A stretch of DNA of 64,000 bases from IMG/VR virus record IMGVR_UViG_3300037508_001402; one strand, 5' to 3'. This stretch comes from an uncultured virus (IMG/VR IMGVR_UViG_3300037508_001402). Taxonomy: Duplodnaviria; Heunggongvirae; Uroviricota; Caudoviricetes. Both the position numbers and the translations under genes were made by a program. The notes beneath the pieces were generated by a model that searched no databases, had not been told where the DNA came from, and saw only the letters and a program-made list of their open reading frames with translations. Below, piece by piece: positions 17,456 to 27,970 of this stretch. Each line of letters opens with the position of its first letter. Within the stretch, counting starts at the first letter, position 1.

Positions 17456-20400
17456 TTAGTTTCTGCTGAGTGAGTTGATTCCCCAGCGCTTGACGCCAAG
17501 GGAGCCTCTGTTATTGGCAAACTTGTCGAACAGGGCCTCAAGTTTATTCAGATCCACATCATTGGCCACGTTCAGTTGAGAGATATTCACGCCACCGGCA
17601 CCCATGCCAGCAAAGCCACGGGGCAGCTCGAAGAACTGCAACATGTTCTCCATGCGGCGGTTGAACTGGGTTTGAAGTACCCGCTCCCCTGCTGATGCAC
17701 GAATCACAGCCCCGTCGTTCTCGAAGTGGGAATAGTTGGGAATCACCCCACCCTCGGCAAAGGCCCGAAGCCCTCCGATGATTTGAGGCATGGTGTTTTT
17801 GACGGCTTCTGCTGCCTGCATCTGAGATGTGGACAGATACCAATTGCCGTCTGAGCCCTGCACGGAGAACGATCCATAAGAGTCAACCATCTGTTTGTCT
17901 CTGCTTTGGATGCTGCTGCTTTGGGCATAGCCCCCGGATGACATCAGAGAACCGCTTGCTGTCGATCCCCCGCTTGCGTTGCCCAAATTGACAGGCTTGG
18001 CAAACTCATCACGGATCGCCTTCATGCTTTCAATGGCAGATTGGGCCTGTGCTGCCAGGGTGGGAGCGATGGCCTTCAGCGATTCAATCCAGCCTGTGGA
18101 TGTCTCAGAGACGCCCGCGATCTGCTCGTCAATCTGCCTGAGTCTCAGGTCATAATTGGCTTGCAGTTCGTCAATCTTGGCTTTGTTGAAGTCGATGGTT
18201 ACTTGGGATTCGTCTTTGAGGCGGTTGTTACTGGCAATAAGTTCGTCATTGGTTCTGCGCTCTAAACTGCGACGGGCATCAATAGCATCCTTTTGCAGCT
18301 TCTGATAAGCCACATACTGCTCTGCAAACTGCTTGTTGAGGTCTGCTTTTTCCTTGTCATTCTGCGCGTCAAGCATGGCCTCTTGGATAGCGCGAGCTCT
18401 CAGCAATGTGATGCGCGTCATCTCTTCGGTGTACTGAACCTGGGAGATCTCTTCTAACTTGAGCTTGCTGTCTGCCTCTTGGGCTTGCAGGTCAAGCAGT
18501 TCATTCAGGCCACGGATCTGTGTTTCGCGTGAGGTGCGGTCTGTGATCGTGCCGTTGATGATATCCTCATTGGCTAGGTAATTGGCCCCGGCTGTGAGCC
18601 CACCTGCCAAGTCCACACCGCCCAAGCTCTGTTTAAAGAGAGATGTGTCCTGTTGATCAAAGAGGGCCTGTTCCTTGGCAAAGCGCTCATCAATGAGTTG
18701 GTTCTGACGCTCAAGGGCTGCGTTCTGCGTGTCAATCGCTTTGATGCGGGTCTGCTCTTTGTCGATGATGTCTTGCAGGGGTTTGGACTGGGCTTTGATG
18801 GCCTTCTCTTGCTCAGAGGCGTACTTGTCCCGGTAGGTCTTGATGCCCTCTTCGAGCATCTTCTTGCTTTCAGCTTCACGCTTGAGGACGTAATAGGCGC
18901 GGATCTGCGTGATGACTTCCTCTGCGTCCTGATACTTTTTGCGGGCTTCCTCGATCTGGCTTTGCTCTTGCTCAAACAGATCAGCAAAGCTCTGACGTGT
19001 GCCAGCAGCAAGCAGATCCCCAGCATTGCCGCTGATCTCTGCCTTGAGTTGGGCAATGCCAGCAGCGAGTGAGCGCAGTTCTTTGGCCCGGTCTTTGCCT
19101 GCCTGTTCAATGCTCTGATTGATGGCGGCATTGGCAGCGAGAATGATGTCAACCTTTTGAGTCTCAAGGCGTTGGCGCTCGACACTGCCAGCTTCCAGGG
19201 CGTTGATCTCGATGTCCAGCAAAGCGATCTCTCTGTTGAGGGCAAGGCGCTGGAGTTCAATGCTACGGTCGAAGGTTTCAGCCTGAAGGTTCAGCACTGC
19301 TTCTTGGTGGTCGAAGTAGGCCTCTTTCTCTGCCTTGAGGGCATCTGCCCGTACCTCTGCCCGTTGCTTGGCTGTCTCTTTGTCCAGTTGGAGCAGGAGG
19401 GTATCGCGGTTGGCTTCGATGTCCACCGTGTCAGAGGCACCGCTCTCAATCGCTTCTTTTTTGGCCTGTTCAGCATCACGCATGATCTCATACCTGCGTT
19501 GGTTGAACTCGACATCGATGTCATCCATCTTGTCAGCAGTCATCGCAGCAAGGGCGGCTTGAGTGCTGTAATAGCGTTCATCTTGGGCAAGCAGGCGCTC
19601 TTTGGTCTTTTGCTCTTCAGCTATGCGCAATTCGCGGATCTGCTTTTGGCGGTCAAGTTCGTTTTGAAACAGTTCTCGGGCAACTCTGTCCAATTCCTGG
19701 GCTAAGTTTTTGGCGTCCTCGACAGTGGGCAAGCCAAAGATCCCTGATCCCTGTTTTGATTTGGCGTTCTCTCTTTGCTGCTTGAGCGTGTTGATTCTGT
19801 GGTCAGCTTCTTTGTTGACGAAATCTATCTGCTCATCAAGGGTGGCCTTGCCTGCTCTTTTGCGGGTTTCAAGCAGGTCTTTTTGCAGGGCAATTTCTGT
19901 CTCTCTTGTGAAGTTGGCCTCTTCGATAACCCGGTCTTTCAGCAGTTGTTTGGTAGACTCATTCACATTGATCATCTCAGTGATAGAGCCATAAAACAGG
20001 CTTGCCGCTTGAGTGATTAATCCAACCACAGAAGCGATGTTCTGAGGATCGCCCAACAGGGCCTCAAAGCTGAACCCGTCTTTATTCGCTGCACTCAGCT
20101 TCTGAAAGATGCCGCTTACCTTTGAGGCATTATTGGCAAAGTCAGCAGTCCAGCGCACAGCAGCGGCAATATTGCGGCCTGTCTCACCAAAGGCAGAGGC
20201 CAAACCGGCAACGGCTTCAGCGGCCCCACTCACCAAACTCTGAAAGCGCTCCTGCTCTTTATTGATATTCGCCAAGCGCTTCTCAAGATCGTCAGCGGCT
20301 CCCTGTGTGGATGCGTCAAAGTCCATCTTTGCCAGGGCTTCAGAGAGCATGTTGGCTTGCTCCGTTGTCAGACCAAGGCCACCCGTGAACTTCTCCAGAT

Positions 20401-23400
20401 AATCGTCAGAGGATTCGAGCTTTTGGATGAACTCTTTGAGGCTGTCACCCGAGGCGGTGATACCTTTGATCTCTTCGGTGACGGCGTTGCGGGTCTTCTG
20501 AGCAAGCAAGTCCTCGCGGTCGTCTCTGTCCTCTTGGACTTTGAGCAGTGCCCGCTCCAGGGTGGCACGCTTGCCCAGTAATTCATTGATCTGTGCCTGC
20601 TGTTCCATGGAGGGATTCTTGCCGCTTTGCTTTTGGAGGGCCTTGATCTCTTGGTCAAGGTTCAGGATCCCCATGTAGCTGTCTGCCAGGGTTTGATCAA
20701 TCGCTTCGATCTCACGCTTGGCATACTTGGCTGACTTCTCAGCAGCACTCAGCTGGGCATCTTCAAACTCATCCACCATGTCTTGATTGGACTTGGCAAC
20801 GCTTTGCAGGGTGTTCTTGATGGTGTCTTCGAGCTTTTTATAATCTGTCTCGATGGCCTTGATGGTTTCACCAATGGCCTTCTGAATCTCTTTCTGTGCG
20901 TCCTCATGGGCCTTCTTTTGGGCTTTGATGAGATCGACTTCAGACTTACCTGTAGCCAAGCGCAGTTCTGCAATACGTTTATCGAGCGCTTCAGACTTTT
21001 GGCCCGCTGCCTGTAATTGGCCCTGAAGACGGATCAGCTCATCATACTGCTGTTTGAGAGCGTCCATCTTGATCTGTTTTTCTTTGATGTCCTTGGTGTT
21101 GATGGCATCAGGCTTGAAGGCTTTTTCATTCAAGCGAATCCCGTGAACATCATCGCCAGCAGCAAGAGAAGAGGAAAAGGCAGCTTGAATGGTGTCAGTG
21201 GTAGCAAGCTGTCTCAGGCCCACACGACTGCCAGCGCCCTGACCTGCGTGAACCACGTTTTTATTGTCAATGGCAACACCAATATGGCCCCGTGTGCTGT
21301 TGGGGTCTTTGGAGTACCCGAGCACCAAGTCCCCTGCCTGAATGTCTTTGAGTGCGACTTTGGAGGCAAGGCCGGCAGTGATCAGGCGATCATAATCAGG
21401 CACCCAATTCTTGTTTTTAACAACACCTTGAAGGTCTTTGGTGACGCCTGCCATTTCGAGGATCTTGGCTGTGGTGGCTGCGCAGGTAAAGCCAATGTCT
21501 TGAACACCCTTTTGGAAAGCGATGGCACCCTGCCTGTCAGCAGCAAAGGCTTTGGCGGCATCACCAATTTTCTTATTGAGGTCTTCAACCGCGGCGCCCG
21601 TGTCTTTGACGGATTCAGCCTTCTTGAGTTCTGCGATCTCCCACTCTTCAGCGTTTTGGCGTACCCGGTCAATCTCAGCCTTAACGCGATCATCAAGCTC
21701 TTTTTTCGCCTTGTCGCCTGCGTTCTTGCCGTCATAGGTTTCAGTGGGGGCCACCGTGGGGGATTGGGTAGTGGATTTCTTTTTCTGCTCATTGCGCTTG
21801 GTGATTTCGTCAATCTTGAGCAGTTCACGGCCCTTGTCAGCAAGTCCAGCAGCGCCCTTGTAGACCGAATCAAAGGCACCATTCCAGGCCTCTCCCACCA
21901 AATTGCCCATGCGAGAGACGGCGGTGCCAATCGTTTCCAGGCCTGCCTTGATGCGTTCCGCCCCTGCGTTGGGGTTGGTGGGGTTGGTGATGTTGTCGAT
22001 AAACCCTGCCCACACTTCGGACAGACCGCGCACAGACATCTGGAACAACTTGCCAAACTTGGAGAAGAACTGGCCAAAGTTCTTCATAATGAAGGATGCG
22101 CCTGAATTACCCATGTCTATGATGGTCTTCCACACGCCTGACCAATTGCCTGCCATGGCGTCAGAGATCAGCCTGAAGACAATATCTATTGAGCCAAACA
22201 GACCACGTAATACCTGATCAATAATAGCGACCACGGCAAAGGTGGTGTCTTGAATGGTGATCCAAGTAGCGTTCCAAAGGGTTTGCCAATCGACCATACC
22301 AAGGCCTGCATCACTGAGGGCCTGACCAATGGCATCCATGGCATTTTTAAAGATGTCCTGAAACCCACCGAGATTATACTCCCATGCCACATACAGGGCA
22401 GCGGGCAGCGCAATCAGTGGGGCAGCGGCGGTCAGGAATCCTGTGATGGCTGTGCCAAAGCCTGCGCCAGCAGTGACAGCAGCACCCGGCAAAGCCTTGA
22501 AGCCAGCGCTCACGCCGGTCAATGCTGTGCTGATACCTGTCACCCCACCAGCGACAGCAGGGGCTCCTGTGGTGAAAGCGACAAGCGCATTGCCCAATGT
22601 GCCCAGGGCGATGATCGAGGTATTTGCAGCGAGGGCGATCCCACCGATGGCCGTGGCGATCAGGCCAATACCTGCGACAAACAGAGTGCCATTGGCGATC
22701 AGGAATTGCAGGGGCTTAGGCAGGCTTACGAACGCATCAGCAGCGCCTTTGATAAACTTGGTCAGGGCTTCCAGGGCAGGGGCCATGTTTTCGATAAACA
22801 CCTGTTGGGCGACCTGTACAGAAGCCTTCATTTGATTGAAAGAATAGAGCAAGCCCTTTTGCATGTCTTTAGCAACACGGTCTTGCACACCGCTCCAGTT
22901 GAGCATGGTGGCTTCGGTCTTACGGATCTCATCCTGCGTTTTGGCCATGAGTGCCAGCAGGGGATTGACGGCAACCTCTCCGAACTGGTCTTTGAGGAAA
23001 GCTGCTTGATCTGCTTTGCCCATCTTGCCAAGGCCCTTTTGAAGCTCGATCACGATGTCGGTCAGCTTGCGCACGTTGCCTTGAGCGTCCACGGCATCGA
23101 CACCCACGCCTGTGAGCGCTTTTCTGACAGCAGGGTCTGTGAGTCTCAGCAGGGCATTTTGGAGGCCGTTGCCTGCCTGTGAGGCTTTGATACCACTATT
23201 GCCCAGCATGACCAGCAGTGCGTTAATTGTTTCAAGGGGTTGACCTGTCTGCTTGGCTGTTGAGCCCACATATTTGTATGATTCAGCGAGGTCTGAGATG
23301 CCGATCTTTGATTCGTTTGCGGCCAATACAAGGCCATTGGAGACGCGATCAAACTCATCAGCAGAGAGGCCAAACTGTGAGCGCACAGAGTCCACTGTCA

Positions 23401-24244
23401 TGCCCATTGCCATCAAGTCCTCTTGGGTTGCCACAGATGCCACGGTGACGGTCTTCATGGCTTTGGCGACTTCATCAGCACTCAGGCCCGCTTTGGCAAA
23501 CTCGACGCCCAATGCAGCAACCTCAGTGGAGGTCTTACCAAACTCAGACATGTCACGGGCAAGCTGTTTGAATTGGCCCATCTCTTCAGCGGTGGCCTTG
23601 GAGATCGCTTTGAAGGCCACCAACTTGCCCTCGAACTGGCTGAACTCCTGCCCAGCGCTGGCAATACCTGAAATAATTGCAGCAGAGGCCACGCCCAAGA
23701 CCATGCTGATGTCACGGATGGCCCCGCCTGCCTGCTGGTATGCGTCCTTGACTTCTTTGGCCTGTCTCTGGAGAGCGGCAAAGGATGTCATCTTCTGCTG
23801 TTCAGACATGAGGCGGTTGATGCGCTCTTGGGTGTCTGCGATCTGTTGGTTGATCTTTACCCGCTCTTCATCGGTGGCAGTCAAGGCAGCGGCTTTGGTC
23901 TTCATTTCGTCAAGCTGTTTGCTGGCCTTGGCGATCTTCAGAGAGTAATTGTCAGCAGCTTTCTCCCACTTGGACATGTCAGCTTGTCGCATAGACTTAG
24001 AGATGTTTTCAATGTCCTTTTCGACAGCCTTGAAGATTTTGCCAATGGAGTTGCCAAAGGCCGTGATCTCATCGACGGCGGGCTTTGCTTTTTGCTTGAA
24101 GTCGTCAAAGGCATCTTGAAGGGTTTGGCCCATGTCATTCAAGGCCTTGTCAATGCTCTTTACTGCGCCCATCACCTCTTGCAAGGCTTTGGTCAGATCA
24201 GAGGCACTGAGGCCCAATTCCCAGGTATATCTGTTTTCAGCCAT
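17456..24244 (-). CDS. Tape measure protein (TP901-type core) with an internal NlpC/P60-like domain
   Basis: 2262 aa. Core DLAESYKYVG..GIKASQAGNGL, a TM stretch, coiled coils, and TCAAT..AGDLV..GHIGV..VVHA. Confidence 0.95.
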   Translation of the reverse strand: MAENRYTWELGLSASDLTKALQEVMGAVKSIDKALNDMGQTLQDAFDDFKQKAKPAVDEITAFGNSIGKIFKAVEKDIENISKSMRQADMSKWEKAADNYSLKIAKASKQLDEMKTKAAALTATDEERVKINQQIADTQERINRLMSEQQKMTSFAALQRQAKEVKDAYQQAGGAIRDISMVLGVASAAIISGIASAGQEFSQFEGKLVAFKAISKATAEEMGQFKQLARDMSEFGKTSTEVAALGVEFAKAGLSADEVAKAMKTVTVASVATQEDLMAMGMTVDSVRSQFGLSADEFDRVSNGLVLAANESKIGISDLAESYKYVGSTAKQTGQPLETINALLVMLGNSGIKASQAGNGLQNALLRLTDPAVRKALTGVGVDAVDAQGNVRKLTDIVIELQKGLGKMGKADQAAFLKDQFGEVAVNPLLALMAKTQDEIRKTEATMLNWSGVQDRVAKDMQKGLLYSFNQMKASVQVAQQVFIENMAPALEALTKFIKGAADAFVSLPKPLQFLIANGTLFVAGIGLIATAIGGIALAANTSIIALGTLGNALVAFTTGAPAVAGGVTGISTALTGVSAGFKALPGAAVTAGAGFGTAITGFLTAAAPLIALPAALYVAWEYNLGGFQDIFKNAMDAIGQALSDAGLGMVDWQTLWNATWITIQDTTFAVVAIIDQVLRGLFGSIDIVFRLISDAMAGNWSGVWKTIIDMGNSGASFIMKNFGQFFSKFGKLFQMSVRGLSEVWAGFIDNITNPTNPNAGAERIKAGLETIGTAVSRMGNLVGEAWNGAFDSVYKGAAGLADKGRELLKIDEITKRNEQKKKSTTQSPTVAPTETYDGKNAGDKAKKELDDRVKAEIDRVRQNAEEWEIAELKKAESVKDTGAAVEDLNKKIGDAAKAFAADRQGAIAFQKGVQDIGFTCAATTAKILEMAGVTKDLQGVVKNKNWVPDYDRLITAGLASKVALKDIQAGDLVLGYSKDPNSTRGHIGVAIDNKNVVHAGQGAGSRVGLRQLATTDTIQAAFSSSLAAGDDVHGIRLNEKAFKPDAINTKDIKEKQIKMDALKQQYDELIRLQGQLQAAGQKSEALDKRIAELRLATGKSEVDLIKAQKKAHEDAQKEIQKAIGETIKAIETDYKKLEDTIKNTLQSVAKSNQDMVDEFEDAQLSAAEKSAKYAKREIEAIDQTLADSYMGILNLDQEIKALQKQSGKNPSMEQQAQINELLGKRATLERALLKVQEDRDDREDLLAQKTRNAVTEEIKGITASGDSLKEFIQKLESSDDYLEKFTGGLGLTTEQANMLSEALAKMDFDASTQGAADDLEKRLANINKEQERFQSLVSGAAEAVAGLASAFGETGRNIAAAVRWTADFANNASKVSGIFQKLSAANKDGFSFEALLGDPQNIASVVGLITQAASLFYGSITEMINVNESTKQLLKDRVIEEANFTRETEIALQKDLLETRKRAGKATLDEQIDFVNKEADHRINTLKQQRENAKSKQGSGIFGLPTVEDAKNLAQELDRVARELFQNELDRQKQIRELRIAEEQKTKERLLAQDERYYSTQAALAAMTADKMDDIDVEFNQRRYEIMRDAEQAKKEAIESGASDTVDIEANRDTLLLQLDKETAKQRAEVRADALKAEKEAYFDHQEAVLNLQAETFDRSIELQRLALNREIALLDIEINALEAGSVERQRLETQKVDIILAANAAINQSIEQAGKDRAKELRSLAAGIAQLKAEISGNAGDLLAAGTRQSFADLFEQEQSQIEEARKKYQDAEEVITQIRAYYVLKREAESKKMLEEGIKTYRDKYASEQEKAIKAQSKPLQDIIDKEQTRIKAIDTQNAALERQNQLIDERFAKEQALFDQQDTSLFKQSLGGVDLAGGLTAGANYLANEDIINGTITDRTSRETQIRGLNELLDLQAQEADSKLKLEEISQVQYTEEMTRITLLRARAIQEAMLDAQNDKEKADLNKQFAEQYVAYQKLQKDAIDARRSLERRTNDELIASNNRLKDESQVTIDFNKAKIDELQANYDLRLRQIDEQIAGVSETSTGWIESLKAIAPTLAAQAQSAIESMKAIRDEFAKPVNLGNASGGSTASGSLMSSGGYAQSSSIQSRDKQMVDSYGSFSVQGSDGNWYLSTSQMQAAEAVKNTMPQIIGGLRAFAEGGVIPNYSHFENDGAVIRASAGERVLQTQFNRRMENMLQFFELPRGFAGMGAGGVNISQLNVANDVDLNKLEALFDKFANNRGSLGVKRWGINSLSRN

Positions 24245-24258
24245 GGGTCAAACTCCTT

Positions 24259-25383
24259 TCATTTCAAGATCGGTTCAAGCGCCTGCTTGAGTTGGCGGTA
24301 TTGGTCTTTCACCAGGGGATTGGTGGGGCACTCCCTGAGTGATTGTGTGAGGTAGAGGTATGCTGTTTCGTATTGGCCCAATTTGAGCCAAATGTTTGCG
24401 ATGCCAAAATAAGGCTTCCAGCCCAGGCTTGAGCGGTCGATGCGGGTGTTGGTCTTGAGCCCTTTCCAGGCAAAATCAGCGGCGGCTTCGTAGCAGGCAA
24501 TGGCCTTGTACCACTCTTCTTTGGCTGTCCAGTAATGGGCAAGGACGTTCCAATAGTCAGGGGAAAGCTCGCAGCCTTCGGGGGCATTGTGGGCCACAGA
24601 TTCAAAAGCGTCAGGCCCATGCAGTTGCAAGGTGAGCGTGAGCAGTTGCACCCATGCGGTAATCTCCCAAGCTGCGCTCTGATCGCCCAATAGTTCCAGG
24701 GCCTTTTTCACCACTTCCAGGGCCTTGGGGTTGTCGCCCATCACTGAGAGCGATTGTGCCAGGTTGAAATAGTGGAATGGGTTCTCAGGCTCATCAGCGA
24801 TGCTTTGCTCAAGCAGGGCTTTGTTGCGCTCGGACTTGCCACGCTCTGCGACAATCTCAGGCAGATACCCCAAGTGCCAGATCGTTGCGTCCTGACACCA
24901 GCGGCGGGGTATGGCAAAGTCCTCAGAGTGGCTTGCAATCTGTTCATGGATGCGGCCCACAAATCTGAGAGCGGGGTTATTTGGGAATAGTCGAACGATG
25001 TAATGCTCTGTAGCAGTCTCTTTGTTGCCCTTGTCGGCATAGTTGCGGATCTTCAGTTCATAGGCCGCTTGGGGCTCACGGGCCATCAGTTCACGAATCA
25101 CACCATGGGATTCAGCATCCAAGCGCTCATCGGCATCAAGGATCAGAATCCAGTCTCCTGTTGCCTGTTCGAGCGATTCATTGCGAGAGGCCGCGAAACT
25201 ACCGGCCCACGAACGGGAGAGAACAGTGGCACCGGCAGTCTGGGCTATCTCTTGCGTGTCATCGGTGGATCCTGTGTCCACCACAATGACTTCATCAGCC
25301 AAACCCTGAACGCTATCAATCGCGCCCTTGATGTATTTGGCCTCATCTTTGGCGATCATGCAGACAGACAGTTTTAATCCCAT
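24259..25383 (-). CDS. GT2 glycosyltransferase with TPR repeats
   Basis: LSVCMIAKDE, VVDTGSTD, FAASRN, LDADE (DxD), GRIHEQ and HLGY, followed by TPRs. Confidence 0.92.
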   Translation of the reverse strand: MGLKLSVCMIAKDEAKYIKGAIDSVQGLADEVIVVDTGSTDDTQEIAQTAGATVLSRSWAGSFAASRNESLEQATGDWILILDADERLDAESHGVIRELMAREPQAAYELKIRNYADKGNKETATEHYIVRLFPNNPALRFVGRIHEQIASHSEDFAIPRRWCQDATIWHLGYLPEIVAERGKSERNKALLEQSIADEPENPFHYFNLAQSLSVMGDNPKALEVVKKALELLGDQSAAWEITAWVQLLTLTLQLHGPDAFESVAHNAPEGCELSPDYWNVLAHYWTAKEEWYKAIACYEAAADFAWKGLKTNTRIDRSSLGWKPYFGIANIWLKLGQYETAYLYLTQSLRECPTNPLVKDQYRQLKQALEPILK

Positions 25384-25763
25384 CTGAGATCCCCTTTCTG
25401 CCACCCACGGCGCAATGTGCCGGGTTTGTGGGTTTCGGTGTTGACCTTGCCGATCGGTGTACGGTCGATCACCTCTTGCAGGAACTTGTCTTGAACATCC
25501 TCCATCAACCCCTCGATCTGCTCTTTGGTTGGGGGGAATGGCAGATTGTGAAACTCTTGGGTCATGAAATCCTCAATGGCAGGCATTGAGCGTCTGACCA
25601 TGGCGCGGGGAGCCATCTTGCTTGTGCCATACTCGACATACTCCGTGTAGGGCACTTCGTTGTAGATCTCGACAGTACATGCCTTTTGGTTGATCGCGGC
25701 CAGGGTTTGCTCTATTTGTTTCAGGATGCCGTTGGTGGGGCTTTTGACAGTCACTTTGGTCAT
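25374..25763 (-). CDS. HK97 gp10-like tail completion protein
   Basis: YTEYVEYGTSKMAPRAMVRRS motif. Confidence 0.75.
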   Translation of the reverse strand: MTKVTVKSPTNGILKQIEQTLAAINQKACTVEIYNEVPYTEYVEYGTSKMAPRAMVRRSMPAIEDFMTQEFHNLPFPPTKEQIEGLMEDVQDKFLQEVIDRTPIGKVNTETHKPGTLRRGWQKGDLRWD

Positions 25764-26500
25764 ATCTGGAACCTCATGTAATAGAGCGCGTTTACTGCCT
25801 GTTCGAGCAGGTATCTTTTGAGTGTCGTTTCTGCCTTGGCGCCAAGCTCTTGGGCTTCTTTCTCAATGGCAGAGACAGAGATGTTTGCCACGTCAATGGG
25901 CAGGATGGGCAGGGTAGGAACGTCAGCACCACCCTTGGGCTCCCACCACCCACACACGGGCTCATCGCCTTTGAGGGCTTGGGTCTGTGTGAGTAGGAAG
26001 TGCAAGCGCCCATTCTCAACCGTCGTGCCACGGTCAAACCAGGGAGAGAGCGGGTCTGTGAGCAGTTCGAGATACCTGCATACCCGTGTCCAATTGACGT
26101 TGGAGCCAACCACCAATTGCAGCATGTGGCGCGGCATCTGTGTGGAACGGCCCAAGCAATCGTCAATCAGGCGGGTCAGGCACTCGAAGACATAGGCCTG
26201 GAATTGGTCGTATTTGTCGGAGGGCTCACCAGGACAAGACCCCCATGGAAACACGCCAATCACTTGAGCGTGGGGGAATGTGGTCAACGTCTTCTTGCCC
26301 TTGCTCTCAATGTCCTTGAGCGAGATCCGAAAGCTCAGAGAGCCGTTCAGGTCTTCAGTCAGCACCTCAAACACAAAGAAGGGGTGCCACGGTTTGAGCA
26401 GGGAATAGATTTTGACACGGTGGGGGTTTTGAATGGGGGTGATCAGTTCGCGGGCTTTGCCAGGGAAGGCGGGGGGTGCCACCCCAATTTTAAGGGCCAT
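25760..26500 (-). CDS. Hypothetical tail-region protein
   Basis: Coupled to both neighbours (TAATG and ATGA overlaps). Confidence 0.6.
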   Translation of the reverse strand: MALKIGVAPPAFPGKARELITPIQNPHRVKIYSLLKPWHPFFVFEVLTEDLNGSLSFRISLKDIESKGKKTLTTFPHAQVIGVFPWGSCPGEPSDKYDQFQAYVFECLTRLIDDCLGRSTQMPRHMLQLVVGSNVNWTRVCRYLELLTDPLSPWFDRGTTVENGRLHFLLTQTQALKGDEPVCGWWEPKGGADVPTLPILPIDVANISVSAIEKEAQELGAKAETTLKRYLLEQAVNALYYMRFQI

Positions 26501-26930
26501 TATTCGGAGTACCCGCAATAGCCACGAATGTATTTTGAGAAGTTTTCAGCACTTTCGTGAGCCCACCTTAAGACACGCTTGCTACGGCGCTTGTGGTCTG
26601 TGTCTGACTCTTCTTTTGACTTTTCGGCTGATCGCCAGTCGATGTACCCGGCTTTGTCTTTTCTGCGCTGGGCTGCTGTTTTGTAGCGGTAGGCTTTGAC
26701 AAGATCGAAGCGTCTGATCTCTGCTTCGCTGAATCCGTACTCTTGGGCAATGGGGTCAAGCCATTCGTCATACCACCATTGGCAATCCCACCAGCAGAAG
26801 CCAGGCCCGTCGCCGAGTCCGAGATCTTCTTGCTGTACGTCTTTATAATCCCCGTAATCTTCCCAAAGTTCATATCCAGCCAAATGCGGATATTCCCAGG
26901 AACCTCTTGCCACAGATCTGTAAAAAAAAC
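26500..26930 (-). CDS. Tail assembly chaperone, -1 frame extension (gpT-like)
   Basis: Open -1 frame encoding WLDPIAQEYGFSEAEIRRFDL; slippery GTT TTT TTT at 26930-26922. Confidence 0.6.
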
Positions 26931-27512
26931 CTGGTTGACTTCGACCAGCTTTCTGACTGATTTGATGACTTGTCCCGGCAGACAGCCACGCAGGTATCCC
27001 GCGGTGATTGTCTGACCTGTCAGGGGATTGCTCAGGCATTGCGCCAACTCTTCATAGAGCTTGATCATGAACTTGGTGGGCTTGCCTTTGCGTACGTCTG
27101 CCACGCCTACGGCCATCACGTCTTTGAGCAGGGTCTGGAAGTCCAGCTTGCCAGACTTGAGGAAGCCGGGGCCTTTCTTATAAACATAGCGAACCACGTC
27201 AGGGATATACGCACTGAGGCGGGTGAAATCGTCAATGTTGAGGTATCTGATGGTGATGGTCTTTTCGTTTGGCCCCATGCCCAAAACGACTTGATGATCG
27301 CTCTCTGTGTAGAACTCGACAGGGAACTCATCTGTACCCACCTCGAACTCAGCAGAGACTTCTTCAATCACCTCTTGGCGCAATTCTGCCTTGAGCTGTT
27401 CAGGGCTGGCCATGAGACGGCCAAAGAGTGCGTTTAATTCGTCTTGAGAAACCCCTTCGAGTTTACTCATGGCCTCATAGGCCTTGGATAGCGTGGAATC
27501 CTGTAATGTCAT
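26568..27512 (-). CDS. Tail assembly chaperone (gpG-like)
   Basis: Downstream of the tail tube; EVNQVFF sits at the slippery site; low-complexity tail overlaps the gpT frame. Confidence 0.7.
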   Translation of the reverse strand: MTLQDSTLSKAYEAMSKLEGVSQDELNALFGRLMASPEQLKAELRQEVIEEVSAEFEVGTDEFPVEFYTESDHQVVLGMGPNEKTITIRYLNIDDFTRLSAYIPDVVRYVYKKGPGFLKSGKLDFQTLLKDVMAVGVADVRKGKPTKFMIKLYEELAQCLSNPLTGQTITAGYLRGCLPGQVIKSVRKLVEVNQVFFTDLWQEVPGNIRIWLDMNFGKITGIIKTYSKKISDSATGLASAGGIANGGMTNGLTPLPKSTDSAKQRSDASILSKPTATKQQPSAEKTKPGTSTGDQPKSQKKSQTQTTSAVASVS

Positions 27513-27967
27513 ATCTTCAAATATCTCCCGTTTGAAATTTGCAGCTTGCCCTTCTCCCAAAGGTCAAAGATGCGCATGTCGATGTAATGCTGGGCGTACC
27601 CTGTGACGATCCGGACGCCGGTATGCCCTGGAACTGGATCACCGTTCAAACTGCTTTCGAGTTCGACGATATTGCCGACCACACGCTTGATGTGGCGGTA
27701 GTTGTAAACTGCGTCCTTGTGGGTGTTGCCAACAGGGATGCGCAAAAAAAGCCCCTTCCAAAGATTCAGAGGGGGATTTGCCATGGGGTTTGTTTTATCG
27801 AATCTTTCGATTCTGAGGTAGGAACGTGTGAGTGGGGCTGTATTGCCGATTCGCAGATTGTCGTCAGGCAGGAGTGTGTAGTCCTGAATAGACTCCACAC
27901 TCCCATCCTGTGGGATCAATGCCGTGAAATCTGGGAACAGCGCCTCTGTGCGAATGCGCTGCCCCAT
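27509..27967 (-). CDS. Hypothetical tail protein
   Basis: Between tail tube and chaperone genes. Confidence 0.55.
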   Translation of the reverse strand: MGQRIRTEALFPDFTALIPQDGSVESIQDYTLLPDDNLRIGNTAPLTRSYLRIERFDKTNPMANPPLNLWKGLFLRIPVGNTHKDAVYNYRHIKRVVGNIVELESSLNGDPVPGHTGVRIVTGYAQHYIDMRIFDLWEKGKLQISNGRYLKI

Positions 27968-27970
27968 GGA

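Noticed and set aside
21017..23948. Long + strand ORFs opposite the TMP (also 27539-28654 and 31577-32251)
   Set aside because: Antisense shadows of well-supported genes, with no motifs or RBS.
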